From an uncultured Candidatus Rokubacteria bacterium (GTDB lineage Bacteria > Methylomirabilota > Methylomirabilia > Rokubacteriales > CSP1-6): 64,000 bases of DNA. Positions 41,186 through 50,747 of the stretch are shown here, in pieces; position 1 is the first letter of the stretch; each line of letters starts with the position of its first letter. A program made the translations under genes and the position numbers. The DNA lies in assembly GCA_963762145.1 (NCBI GenBank), contig CAVXJS010000009.1, positions 1 to 64,000 on the forward strand. Direction: 5' to 3'. The notes below the pieces were generated by a model, which saw nothing but the letters and a program-made list of their open reading frames with translations, was not told the origin of the DNA and searched no databases.

Positions 41186-41289
41186 GGCTGGCTTCCTTTG
41201 GGGGCTTTGCCTTCGGAACAGGAGCGGAGCCAGATGCCAAGGGGATGGACGCCCGCTGCGTCAACCATTGAGCCCGCTGGAAGGCGACC

Positions 41290-41736
41290 TCAGCCTACCA
41301 CGGACTCTTGCCCAGGAGGGCATGGGTCGGGACCCGGCCGAGAAGGGGAATGGCTCCCTCCGCCAACCCGGCGCATCACGTCGTGGATGGCGGGCAGCAG
41401 GGCGCTGCTGATGACGTGCTTGTGGACGAACGCGTCGGCCCCGCTCTCCGAGGCCCTGACCCGGTAGGCGTCCTCGGTAAACGAGCTCATGAGGATGATT
41501 CGCGTTCGCGGCAGCTCTCGGCGGAGGCATTTCGTGAGCTCGATCCCGTTGAGCCCTGGCATCACCAGGTCCGTGATCACGATGTCAGGCCGCTCTCGGC
41601 GGATCACCGCCAGCGCCTCCTCGCCATCGGTCCCCTCCCCGACGACCCGCACGGTGTCGGCCAGTGGCTCGAGCAACGTGCGGACGACCAATCGGTAGTC
41701 TGCCGAATCGTCGGCCACGACAATGGTCCAGGCCAC
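41290..41736 (-). CDS. Stand-alone receiver domain (NarL-like REC, no HTH)
   Basis: VVADD, ITDLVMPGLNG, ILMSS, FVHK. Confidence 0.88.
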   Translation of the reverse strand: MAWTIVVADDSADYRLVVRTLLEPLADTVRVVGEGTDGEEALAVIRRERPDIVITDLVMPGLNGIELTKCLRRELPRTRIILMSSFTEDAYRVRASESGADAFVHKHVISSALLPAIHDVMRRVGGGSHSPSRPGPDPCPPGQESVVG

Positions 41737-41771
41737 GAGTGCCCCCCTGGATAGCGATCCTGCGCGGACGG

Positions 41772-41787
41772 TGCATGCAATGTGCCG
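41772..41787 (-). promoter_or_regulatory. Sigma54 promoter upstream of the REC gene
   Basis: Minus strand CGGCACATTGCATGCA. Confidence 0.55.
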
Positions 41788-41889
41788 CATAGGATTGGTC
41801 GCGGCTGCCGCGCGTTTCCCAGGAGTCCGGGGACCAAGTACGAAGATGCTACCTCCTCCGATCGCCGGGAGGGAAGGAAGTACCGAGAG

Positions 41890-42138
41890 TCAGGGCCGTC
41901 CGCAAGAGGGCCACATCTCGGCCCAGACGTCGTAGCATCGGCGATGGAAGGGCAGGGTCCCGCCCCCCGGCAGGTCGCATTCGACCTCGACATCGTGGGC
42001 CTCGATGGGTTCGTCACATGCGGAGCAGGTGGCGCCGCGCCCCGGCCCGAACCACGTCATCCGGCAGTGTTCCTTCGGCAGTTGGCCGGCCAGGATCTTT
42101 CCCCGGATCTGCTCCGTCAGCCTTTGTGCCTCTGTCAT
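41890..42138 (-). CDS. Small CxxC...HxxC family copy 3
   Basis: IRGKILAGQLP...WFGPGRGATCSAC...FHRRCYDVW; GAGGAG RBS. Confidence 0.82.
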   Translation of the reverse strand: MTEAQRLTEQIRGKILAGQLPKEHCRMTWFGPGRGATCSACDEPIEAHDVEVECDLPGGGTLPFHRRCYDVWAEMWPSCGRP

Positions 42139-42148
42139 GGTGCGCTCC

Positions 42149-42586
42149 TCAGAGGTAAGCCGAACCGGAAGGGCATTCGCGCGAGGGCTCTGGGGCGGGC
42201 CAGCTGCCTCCAGAGAGGCGCCGTCGGATCACGTCGCGGACTGCCGGCAGCAGGCCATCGAACAGCACGCGCTTGCTCACGAATGTATCCGCCCCGCTAT
42301 CGGAAGCCATGAACTGATACGCCTCCTCGGTGGTCGAGCTGATGAGGACCACCTGGGTCGCCGGCAGCTCCTGGCGGATGCGCCGCGTCAGCTCGACGCC
42401 GTCGAGATCGGGCATGATCAGATCCGTGATCACGATATCCGGCCGCTCTCGGCGGGCGAGGGCGAGGCCCTCGATACCGTTGGAAGCATAGCCGACGATG
42501 GTGATGTCGGACGCGGGCTGCAGGATGTGGGCAATGAACCCGTGGTATTGAACGTCGTCATCGATGACCACGATGGTGAAGGACAT
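42149..42586 (-). CDS. Stand-alone receiver domain (NarL-like REC, no HTH)
   Basis: VVIDD, ITDLIMPDLDG, LISS, FVSK; GGAGG RBS. Confidence 0.88.
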   Translation of the reverse strand: MSFTIVVIDDDVQYHGFIAHILQPASDITIVGYASNGIEGLALARRERPDIVITDLIMPDLDGVELTRRIRQELPATQVVLISSTTEEAYQFMASDSGADTFVSKRVLFDGLLPAVRDVIRRRLSGGSWPAPEPSRECPSGSAYL

Positions 42587-42615
42587 GGATCCTCCGTCCG
42601 ATTTGACACGGGAAG

Positions 42616-42891
42616 TCAGCGAGTCTCGGTTCCACTCGACGCATCGTCGGCGCACGTTGTCAGTTCCATCACCCAGAGCTCATAGCATGAACGATGGAAC
42701 CGGAGGGTTCCACCCCCTGAAAGGTCGCACTCGACTTCCAGGTCGGCAGGTGACACGGACCGCTCGCACGCCACGCAGGTATTGCCCGACCCTGGGCCAA
42801 ACCAGGTCATGCGGCAGGTCGCCTTCGGCAGAGCGCCTGAGCGAATCTTCTGCCGGATGGCCTCCCGCAGCTGCTCCTCGTCGTCGACCAT
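42616..42891 (-). CDS. Small CxxC...HxxC family copy 4
   Basis: IRQKIRSGALP...WFGPGSGNTCVAC...FHRSCYELW; GGAGG RBS. Confidence 0.82.
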   Translation of the reverse strand: MVDDEEQLREAIRQKIRSGALPKATCRMTWFGPGSGNTCVACERSVSPADLEVECDLSGGGTLRFHRSCYELWVMELTTCADDASSGTETR

Positions 42892-43000
42892 CGACGGCCT
42901 CCAGCTTCAGGGAGATCGTGCTCGGACGCGCGAGTGTAGCACGCCCGACCTGGCCGCGGACCCGGTGACGTGCGCACGCCTGTGGTAGCCTCCGGAGTAA

Positions 43001-43993
43001 ATGGACCGCCGTACGTTCCTCTCCGGCGTCACCCTCGGCCTGCTCGCCGCACCGCTCGCCGCCGAGGCACAGCCGGCCGAGAAAGTGTGGCGGATCGGCG
43101 TGATTGGTTTCGCTCCCCCGACCGGCGATATGGCCGGACCTGAACCGCGGTATGCATACATCAAAGCCCTGCTGGATGGATTGCGCGAGCGCGGCTATGT
43201 GTATGGCCGGAATTTCGTGACCGAGCCCCGAGGAGCCGCAGGCAGGCCCGAGCGCCTACCCGGCCTTGTCGACGAGCTGGTCCGCCTGCAGGTGGACGTG
43301 ATTGTCCCCGTCGGCGCCGCGCTACCCGCGCTCAAGCAGGCCACGTCGACGATTCCCATCGTCGTTCCTGGCTCTGGCGATCCCGTGGGGTCTGGGTACG
43401 CAAGGAGTCTGGCTCACCCGGGGGGTAACTTCACGGGGTTGAGCTTCCAGTTCCTGGATCTGGTGGTGAAACGGCTCGATCTGCTCAAGGAGTCGCTGCC
43501 GATGGCCGGGACCGTAGCGGTGATATGGGATCGGACTTCCCCGGAGGTTTGGGAAGTGCTCGAGAGAGCCGCCCGTGAGCGACGCTGGAAGCTGCTGTCA
43601 CTCCCGATTCGGGATGTCGGCGAGGCCGAGGATGTGGTCAGGTCGGCGGCGAAGGCTCGGGCGAGCGGGCTGCTCGTGACTGCCGGTGTAGCGTTCGATC
43701 CGCATCCTCGACGAATCGTGGAGCCGGTCGCCAAGTACCGGCTGCCCGCCATGTACCATCAGCGCTCCTACGTTCAAGCGGGCGGACTCATGTCGTACGG
43801 CCCGGATCTCCTCGCGATCTGGCGCGCGGCGGCGGTCTTCGTCGACAAGATCCTCAAGGGCGCGAACCCCGGCGATCTCCCCTTCGAGCAGCCCACCAAG
43901 ATCGACCTGGTGATCAACCTCAAGACCGCCAGAGCCCTCGAGCTGACGATCCCCCAAATGCTGCTGCGGCGCGCCGATCAGGTGATCGAATGA
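43001..43993 (+). CDS. ABC_sub_bind family substrate-binding protein with Tat-like signal (orphan)
   Basis: MDRRTFL...AEAQ, ATSTIPIV, SLAHPGGNFTG, GGLMSYGP, VDKILKGANPGDLPFEQPT, INLKTA. Confidence 0.9.
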   Translation: MDRRTFLSGVTLGLLAAPLAAEAQPAEKVWRIGVIGFAPPTGDMAGPEPRYAYIKALLDGLRERGYVYGRNFVTEPRGAAGRPERLPGLVDELVRLQVDVIVPVGAALPALKQATSTIPIVVPGSGDPVGSGYARSLAHPGGNFTGLSFQFLDLVVKRLDLLKESLPMAGTVAVIWDRTSPEVWEVLERAARERRWKLLSLPIRDVGEAEDVVRSAAKARASGLLVTAGVAFDPHPRRIVEPVAKYRLPAMYHQRSYVQAGGLMSYGPDLLAIWRAAAVFVDKILKGANPGDLPFEQPTKIDLVINLKTARALELTIPQMLLRRADQVIE

Positions 43994-44250
43994 GCCCGGC
44001 CCGGAAGCCGCCGCCTCCGAAGCGCCGCGCGGCTCCCAAGACCGGCGCCCGGAAGCCGCTGGCCGAGGAGCTCGCGCACGATGCGGTAGCCCATGAACGG
44101 CCCGTACCAGGCGACCGGGTCGAGATGGTCTTTCGCGTCCGGCTCTCCAAGTCCATTGCCGAGGCGCTCACGGCCCGGGCGGTCCGCGAGGAGAAGAATC
44201 TCACGGCGCTGGTCGCGGAGATCCTCGAGGCGGAAACCCGGAAGCGGTGA
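43990..44250 (+). CDS. Small putative ribbon-helix-helix DNA-binding protein
   Basis: Basic N-terminus, then VFRVRLS strand and two helices (KSIAEALTARAVRE, NLTALVAEILE); ATGA overlap. Confidence 0.55.
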   Translation: MSPARKPPPPKRRAAPKTGARKPLAEELAHDAVAHERPVPGDRVEMVFRVRLSKSIAEALTARAVREEKNLTALVAEILEAETRKR

Positions 44251-44262
44251 CGAGGAGAGGTT

Positions 44263-44511
44263 CTACTGCCCGTCTTTGACCGGGGAGAGGCTCTCGGCCT
44301 GCCGCTGCCCGCCCTGTTCTACGAAGACGACCTGTAGGCGCGTCCCAGGTGGGTAGCTGTACTGGACTCCGTCGCGCAGAGAGAACAGGTAGCTTCCTAC
44401 AACGATGCGGTCCGGGTGAACTTCCTTGAGAGGCCCCACCATCACCCCGTGCGCAACGGTAGCGTTCCCGTTCTCGCCGCGTGCTGGCTGACTACCGCTG
44501 GCCGCGTCCAT
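44263..44511 (-). CDS. Small beta-rich (OB-fold-like) hypothetical protein; start uncertain (possibly 44442)
   Basis: GPLKEVHPDRIVVG...PPGTRLQVVFVEQGGQRQAESL alternating beta pattern. Confidence 0.5.
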   Translation of the reverse strand: MDAASGSQPARGENGNATVAHGVMVGPLKEVHPDRIVVGSYLFSLRDGVQYSYPPGTRLQVVFVEQGGQRQAESLSPVKDGQ

Positions 44512-44682
44512 GATCTTCGCCCCGGGAGGCTACCAGAACAGGTTCGACTGGGCAAGCGGCGTACGCTACGCTTCCACGCCGCACCGAAATGTCGCAGGCT
44601 GTCGGCGGTAGTCGCAGGGCTCGAGGCCGGCTCCCCGCGCTCAAACCCGCGACAACGCAGCGCGACCGAGATGCGCCCCTGC

Positions 44683-44698
44683 CGGCACAGCGCGTGCT
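44683..44698 (+). promoter_or_regulatory. Sigma54 promoter upstream of the flavin monooxygenase
   Basis: CGGCACAGCGCGTGCT. Confidence 0.5.
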
Positions 44699-44780
44699 GC
44701 GACTGGATGCCATGGCGATTCCGCATCGCCGGCCCGGGACCATGACCGGCCCCGCGTTGCGTATCCCCGGGAGGGTGCCC

Positions 44781-45962
44781 ATGACCAGTACTACGATCGA
44801 TTGGCTGGAACGAGCGCGCACGCTCGAGCCCATGATCCAGAAGTACAGAGACGAGGCGGAGCAATCGCGACGGATGCCGCGTCCTCTGTTCGAATCCCTG
44901 CGAGATGCCGGTTTTTTCCGGCTGTGGTTACCCCGCCGCCTCGGCGGGCCCGAGGTCGACATGACGACCTTGATCCTTGTCGTCGAGGAATTGTCGCGAC
45001 TCGAGGGCGCTACCGGCTGGAACGTCATGATCGGAGCCGAAGGAAGCGCGATCGCCGCGTACCTGCCGGAGGAGACGGCTCGCCAGCTGATCGCTCCCCG
45101 TCAGGCCGTGGTTGCCGGATCCTTTCAGCCAAAAGGAGACGCGATCCCCGTCGAGGGTGGATATCGGATCAGCGGAGTATGGCCGCTGGCCAGCGGGTGC
45201 GCCCACGCGACGGTCGTTGCTGCCGTGTGCCGAATCATCGAGGGGGGCCGGCCAAGGCCGGGGCCCGAGGGTACGCCGGACCTGCAGGTCGTGCTGATAC
45301 CGGCCACGCAATGCGAGGTGCTCGACACCTGGTACTCGACCGGCCTACGCGGCACGGGCAGCAACGACGTCCGGGTCAAGGACGTCTTCATCCCGGAGAA
45401 TCACTGCTTCTCGCTGGCGCATGGGGTGGCTTCGGAGCCGGGCTCCCTGTACGGCGCCACGATCCAGCTCCTCTTCGCGCTTCCCGTAGCCGCCGTTGGG
45501 CTGGGTATCGCGAAAGCCACGATCGACGCCTTCATCGAGATCGCAGCCGGAAAGGTGCGCCTCGGCGCCTCCAGCGCGCTGGCCGAGGATGGGCTCGTGC
45601 AGACCTCTGTGGGCCGGGCAGAGGCACAACTCCGCTCGGCCCGGGCGTTCCTCCTGGCCGTAGCCGGCCAGATGACGCGCTCCACGGGCAGCGAGGGCCG
45701 GATCTCACATGAGATGACGCCTCTCGTTCTGCTGGCGGCTGCGCAGGCAGCCGAGACCGCGACCGAGGTCGTCACGATGCTCTTCAAGCTGGCGGGATCC
45801 AGTGCAATCTACGCCAGTAGCCGCCTCGAGCGAGGCTTTCGCGATGTCCACATGGTCACGCAACACCGCTCCGCCAATGTCTTCAATTTCGAGACCGCCG
45901 GCCGTCACCTCTTGGCCGCCGCCGGTCACGGCGTGACGCGCACGGCGGGCTCGCTCCCTTGA
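44781..45962 (+). CDS. Acyl-CoA dehydrogenase-fold flavin-dependent monooxygenase (HsaA/C2-like)
   Basis: PRRLGG, W.LASGCAHA, DTWYSTGLRGTGSND, LERGFRDVH. Confidence 0.88.
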   Translation: MTSTTIDWLERARTLEPMIQKYRDEAEQSRRMPRPLFESLRDAGFFRLWLPRRLGGPEVDMTTLILVVEELSRLEGATGWNVMIGAEGSAIAAYLPEETARQLIAPRQAVVAGSFQPKGDAIPVEGGYRISGVWPLASGCAHATVVAAVCRIIEGGRPRPGPEGTPDLQVVLIPATQCEVLDTWYSTGLRGTGSNDVRVKDVFIPENHCFSLAHGVASEPGSLYGATIQLLFALPVAAVGLGIAKATIDAFIEIAAGKVRLGASSALAEDGLVQTSVGRAEAQLRSARAFLLAVAGQMTRSTGSEGRISHEMTPLVLLAAAQAAETATEVVTMLFKLAGSSAIYASSRLERGFRDVHMVTQHRSANVFNFETAGRHLLAAAGHGVTRTAGSLP

Positions 45963-46033
45963 TTCCCGGAGGTTGACGCACAGGCCCATCTCTCCGGTAT
46001 CATCCTCATCGTGACGCCCTCGGAGAGCCGTCG

Positions 46034-47290
46034 ATGACCCGTTCCGCGCGAGTCGCTCTGACCGCCGTCCTTGCGCTCGGGCTGTGCGCCGTCTGCGCCG
46101 ACGAGGTGCGGGCGGACCTCGATGCCAACGTCAAGCGCTGCCGCGCCGACATCGTGCGGATCGGCGAGGATCCGCGGTCGCCCTACGAGCAGTACTGCCT
46201 CGGCCTTTCGTACCAGTTCGCGTTGAACCGCAACCGAGATTCGGCCAAGGCCCTCACCTGGCTGCGGCGCGCCGCCACGCAGAACTTCGCGCCCGCGCAG
46301 GCCGTGCTCGGCTACATGCTCGAGCAAGGCCTCGGCACGGCGAAGAACCCGGCCGAAGCGGTGCAGTGGTACCGGCGCTCGGCCGAGCAGAACGATCCGG
46401 ATGGCCTGATGAATCTCGGCCGCGCCCACGAGCATGGCATCGGCGTGGCGCGCGACCTCGGGCAAGCCCGGACGTACTACGAGCGGGCTTCGTCGCTGGG
46501 AAGCGCCCCTGCGCGGGAAGCGCTCAAGGGACTTGGCAGCGCTCCGCCCGCCCGCACGGCGGCCCAGGAAGAGTTCGCGCGGGGCGCGACGCTCTACAAG
46601 TCGAAGGACTATGCGGGAGCGGCGCGCATCTTCCGTGCCCTCGCCGACCGCGGGTACGCGCCCGCTCAGCTCCAGATCGGCTCCCAGCATGCGCGCGGCG
46701 AAGGGCTGCCTCGCGACGATCGACTCGCCTCGCAGTGGTACCTCAAGGCCGCGGAGCAGGGCTACGCGATCGCGCAGAACAACCTGGCCGAGAACTACGA
46801 GCAAGGCCGCGGCGTCCCGGAGGACTGGGCGGAGTCGCTACGCTGGGCGAAACGCCGTGCCGACCAGGGTGACGCGTACGGGATGCTGCTCGTCGGGCGG
46901 GCCTATCAGTTTGGCATCGGTGTCGCGCAGAGCCGGGAGGAAGCGGTCCGCTGGTTCGAGCGCGCGGCCGAGAAAGGCGACAACCAGGCGGACTACTGGG
47001 CCAGGTGGCTCCGCGGTCGCGGCAACTTCATCGGCTTCCGCAACGACGAGGAGCAGGTGTTCGTGATCGGCGGAAGACTCCGCACCGACACGCAACTGGT
47101 CTTCGCGGAACCGCGCGGCATCCTGTTCCGCACCTCCGCCGAACGGCAGCGCTACCTGCGGGATCTGCGGGGCACGACGGACCGCAACGAAGCGGTGGCC
47201 GCGTGGAATCGGCGTGCGGACCGCTACGCGGCCTGCAAGCGAGGCGAGACCGGCGACTCGCACTGCTCCGAGCCCGGGCCCCCGCCTTGA
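46034..47290 (+). CDS. Secreted Sel1-repeat protein
   Basis: Signal peptide; multiple AQ..LG..Y..G.G...D...A..WY..AA.QG repeats. Confidence 0.9.
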   Translation: MTRSARVALTAVLALGLCAVCADEVRADLDANVKRCRADIVRIGEDPRSPYEQYCLGLSYQFALNRNRDSAKALTWLRRAATQNFAPAQAVLGYMLEQGLGTAKNPAEAVQWYRRSAEQNDPDGLMNLGRAHEHGIGVARDLGQARTYYERASSLGSAPAREALKGLGSAPPARTAAQEEFARGATLYKSKDYAGAARIFRALADRGYAPAQLQIGSQHARGEGLPRDDRLASQWYLKAAEQGYAIAQNNLAENYEQGRGVPEDWAESLRWAKRRADQGDAYGMLLVGRAYQFGIGVAQSREEAVRWFERAAEKGDNQADYWARWLRGRGNFIGFRNDEEQVFVIGGRLRTDTQLVFAEPRGILFRTSAERQRYLRDLRGTTDRNEAVAAWNRRADRYAACKRGETGDSHCSEPGPPP

Positions 47291-49188
47291 GCCCACAGCC
47301 CTCGATACCACGCCGGCTCGCCGCCATTCTCGCCGCCGATATCGCGGGCTACAGCCGGCTCATGCACGCGGACGAGCCCGCCACCGTGCGTGACCTCAAG
47401 GCCCATCAGAGCGTGATCCTGCCGCTGATCGGCCGGCACGGTGGGCGGATCATCGACACCGCCGGCGACGGCATACTGGCTGAGTTCCCCAGTGTCATCG
47501 GCGCCACCGAGTGTGCGGTCGAGATTCAGACCCTGATGGCCGAGCGCAACGAGGGGGTAGCTGAGAGTCGCCGCATGCGGTATCGCATCGGGATCAATCT
47601 GGGAGATGTGATTCACGACGAGACCCGGATCTACGGTGACGGCATCAACATCGCGGCGCGCCTGGAGGCGCTGGCTCAGCCGGGCAGCGTGCTCGTTTCC
47701 AATACCGTCCACGATCAGGTCCGCGGAAAGCTGCCATTCACCTTCGAGGATCTGGGCGAGCGGCAAGTCAAGAACATCGAGCAGCCCGTGCGAATGTATC
47801 AACTTCACATCCCGGGCGTATCCTCCAATGCGGTGGCCGCGCTCGGCCGACGCCCCGTCCTGAGGGAGCGCAGGCTCTGGATCATGTGGGGCTTGGCGGC
47901 GCTTCTCCTCGGGGCGGCAGGAATCTGGTGGATCGCCTCCCCATTCCTGGCCAGTCAACGAGCGAACAGCACCGAGGCGCCTCGCCTCTCAATTGTCGTG
48001 CTGCCCTTCAGCAACCTGAGTGGCGATCCGAGCCAGGACTACTTCGCCGACGGCATAACGGAAGACCTGACAAGCGATCTGTCGCGACTTGCGGGAAGCT
48101 TTGTCATCTCCAGGAACACCGCGTTCACATTCAAGGGCAAGGCTGCCGATGCCCGGCAAATTGGCCGCGAGCTGGGCGTCCGGTATGTGCTCGAGGGGAG
48201 CGTACGCCGGATGGGAGGCACCGTCCGCGTCAACGCGCAGCTCATCGACGCGGGTACCGGCGCGCACCTGTGGGTGGAGCAGATGGACGTCGATCAACAC
48301 ACGCTGGCGACCCTTCAGGACAACTTCGGCATCGCGAACCGACTGGCCAGGATGCTCAGTGTTGAGCTCGTCAATGTCGAAGGGCGCCGGGCGCCGCGCG
48401 CCGACCCGGATGCGGTGGACCTCACCATGCGCGGCTGGTCGGTCTTGAACGGAGGGCCGAACAAGGACGACACGCAGAGGTCCGTCGCGTTGTTCGAGGA
48501 TGCTCTTCGAATCGACCCGGACAATACTCAAGCCAGAGTCGGACTCGCCCTGGCGCTCACTCTCATCTACCGCAACCGCTGGGATCCCGACCCGGCCAAG
48601 GTGCTGGCCCGGGCCGACGAAGCAGCCACCCGGGCCATCGCCGCCGCGCCCAACTATGCCCAGGCACACTACGTGAAAGCCGAGGTTCTCGGGTTAGCCA
48701 ACCGCTTCGACGCAGCGCTTGCGACGTATGACCGGGCCATCGCCCTCGATCGTAACCTCGCCGCGGCATACGTTGGCCGGGCGCGGAACTTGAATATCAT
48801 TGGTCGGTCAGCGGATGCACTGGCGCCGGTCGAGAGGGCGATACGGCTGAGTCCGCGCGATCCCGAGCTGTATGTCTGGTATTTCGTCCTCTGCCACGCG
48901 AACACGCACCTGGCGCGCGACGCTCAGGCCATCGAATGGTGCCTCAAGTCGCTTGCGACCGGCAAGGCGTACTACTTCGCCTACGTCGATCTCGCCTCCG
49001 CGTACGCGTGGCGGGGGCAGAACGCAGAGGCGGCGGCCGCGGTCGCGGAGCTCCTGAAGCTGAGGCCAGGGCTCACGGTGCAGACCCTGGTGAAGGAAGG
49101 AGCAGGAACTTCCGACAATCCAGCCTTCCGTAGGGAATTCCAGCGGATCATCGAGGGCGCACGCAAAGCTGGATTGCCAGAAAGCTAG
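47287..49188 (+). CDS. Class III adenylate/guanylate cyclase + TM + TolB-like + TPR protein
   Basis: RRLAAILAADIAGYSRLM, AGDG, RIGINLGD, GDGINIAARLE; SIVVLPFSNLS...YFADGITEDL; TPRs. Confidence 0.92.
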   Translation: MSPQPSIPRRLAAILAADIAGYSRLMHADEPATVRDLKAHQSVILPLIGRHGGRIIDTAGDGILAEFPSVIGATECAVEIQTLMAERNEGVAESRRMRYRIGINLGDVIHDETRIYGDGINIAARLEALAQPGSVLVSNTVHDQVRGKLPFTFEDLGERQVKNIEQPVRMYQLHIPGVSSNAVAALGRRPVLRERRLWIMWGLAALLLGAAGIWWIASPFLASQRANSTEAPRLSIVVLPFSNLSGDPSQDYFADGITEDLTSDLSRLAGSFVISRNTAFTFKGKAADARQIGRELGVRYVLEGSVRRMGGTVRVNAQLIDAGTGAHLWVEQMDVDQHTLATLQDNFGIANRLARMLSVELVNVEGRRAPRADPDAVDLTMRGWSVLNGGPNKDDTQRSVALFEDALRIDPDNTQARVGLALALTLIYRNRWDPDPAKVLARADEAATRAIAAAPNYAQAHYVKAEVLGLANRFDAALATYDRAIALDRNLAAAYVGRARNLNIIGRSADALAPVERAIRLSPRDPELYVWYFVLCHANTHLARDAQAIEWCLKSLATGKAYYFAYVDLASAYAWRGQNAEAAAAVAELLKLRPGLTVQTLVKEGAGTSDNPAFRREFQRIIEGARKAGLPES

Positions 49189-49198
49189 CGCCGGGCGG

Positions 49199-49807
49199 TC
49201 ATGGCGCGTTCACCCGAAGCGAGTCGAGCAGTCGCCGCCGCGTCTCCACTTCCGTGGGCGTCGCGCCGGCGGCACGGGCGACCACGATCAGGGTGATGGC
49301 ATACGGCTCGCCGAACGGGAAGACGTGCTTCCCGGCGACGGTGGTCGGGCCCTCGGGGGTCGTGAGGCTAGTATGGATGGAGAACCCGATCCCCGCGTCG
49401 GAGGCTCGCCGCTGCGTCTCGTCGACCACCTGGCGGCTGGCCGAGAGATCGCGCGACATCTTCGCGTAGACCTGACCGAGGGTCCGCCGGATCAGCTCCT
49501 CGACCAGCGCGTCGCGATCCGGGCGTCGCTCGAATTCCGCCCGCGTGATCGTCGGCTCGATGGGTGTCACGATGGCGAGAACGAAGATCGCCCTCGCCGC
49601 GCTCTTGGCCGCGAGGCGGACCTCCCCTCCCTCCCCAGGGGTGGGTAGCTCTTGTCTCTGCCAGTCGGTGGGGAACCGAAACGTGAACCGGTACTGCGGG
49701 TCGGCATACTCGGTCGTCGAGGCGTCCGCCCGGGCGAGCGCGGGCCACGCCGCGAGGGTCGCCAGGAGCACGGCGCAGCCGAGACTTCGCGCGAGCCTTT
49801 GCCGCAT
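49199..49807 (-). CDS. Secreted hypothetical protein (PsbP-like N-terminus)
   Basis: Signal peptide; YADPQYRFTFRFPTDW; C-terminal LLDSLRV. Confidence 0.6.
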   Translation of the reverse strand: MRQRLARSLGCAVLLATLAAWPALARADASTTEYADPQYRFTFRFPTDWQRQELPTPGEGGEVRLAAKSAARAIFVLAIVTPIEPTITRAEFERRPDRDALVEELIRRTLGQVYAKMSRDLSASRQVVDETQRRASDAGIGFSIHTSLTTPEGPTTVAGKHVFPFGEPYAITLIVVARAAGATPTEVETRRRLLDSLRVNAP

Positions 49808-49813
49808 GAGGCT

Positions 49814-49969
49814 CTACGCCGGCTCCGGTGGGCGCCTGATGCCGAGCTCCTTCATCCGGAAGTAGAGCGTGCTCGGGTTGAGGCCCAGACGCTCGGCTGC
49901 GGCGCCGGGCCCTTTGATGCGCCAGCCGCAGGCCTCGCAGGTGCGGAGGAGGTGCGCGCGCTGCCGTTC
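49814..49969 (-). pseudogene. C-terminal Fis-type HTH remnant of an FhlA-like sigma54 activator
   Basis: RAHLLRTCEACGWRIKGPGAAAERLGLNPSTLYFRMKELGI with no upstream AAA+ domain. Confidence 0.75.
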
Positions 49970-50040
49970 TGGCCATCGGACAAGCCGATCCTTCTTCCGG
50001 AGAACGTGGTGCCCCAGCCGATGAAGAAGAAGACGAAGCC

Positions 50041-50700
50041 ATGAGTCCGATGCCTCGCCGATGGTTCGCGCTTCTCGGCGGCCTCTGCCTGGCCCTGACT
50101 GCCTGCGCGGGGCCGGTGGACACGGCCCGGGTCGATCCCAAGACCGTCCTTGGTAACCTCGGCCGGAGTGCCGTCGCCACGGGCGAGCCGAGCCTGCCGA
50201 CACGCAATGTGCTCTTCGAGCATGGTCTCTTCGAGGCTGTCGACGAGCGTACCACGGCCGCCATTGCCGAGCTGCACCGGGCGATGGTGGTGTCCCACGG
50301 GAATCAGGACCTGCTCTTCGCGCTTGCCGAGCTGTCCTGCAGGCCAGGTGACCACGGATCCGGTCTACTCCCTGGCGGCCGCGGTCTATGCCTACGCTCC
50401 TTCCTCTTCCCCGAACAGACCGGGAACGCTACCCCGGGACGGTTCGACCCGCGCGTCCGGATCGCAGTGGAAGTGGCTCGAGTCGCGGGTCCCCGCCAAC
50501 CTCACCCGGCAGCATCATCGCGGTCGAGGGGGACGGACCGGTCGAGCAGGGAGACGATGGCGTGGTCAAGTACTCGGCGGCGATCGCAGCCGTCGAGTCC
50601 GAACTGATCGTGCGCTCGAGCCATTCCGCCCAGGGGAATCCCCACACCATCGAGGAGGTGCGGCGCATTCTCCGGCTGCACGCGGGCCTGAAGACGGGAC
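50041..50700 (+). pseudogene. Decayed alpha/beta-hydrolase lipoprotein (N- and C-termini only)
   Basis: Lipobox LTAC, LFALAELS, AAVYAY, then DDGVVKY..A...ESELIVRSSHSAQGNPHTIEEVRRIL; central region missing; frameshifts. Confidence 0.6.
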
Positions 50701-50747
50701 CGTCAGCCTGGGCAACCGTGAATTGTCGGAGAGAGAGTAACAACAGA

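Noticed and set aside
41223-41240. Sigma54 promoter upstream of zinc copy 2
   Set aside because: TGGCATCTGGCTCCGCT has GG-GC spacing one base too long; kept only as a shared upstream motif.
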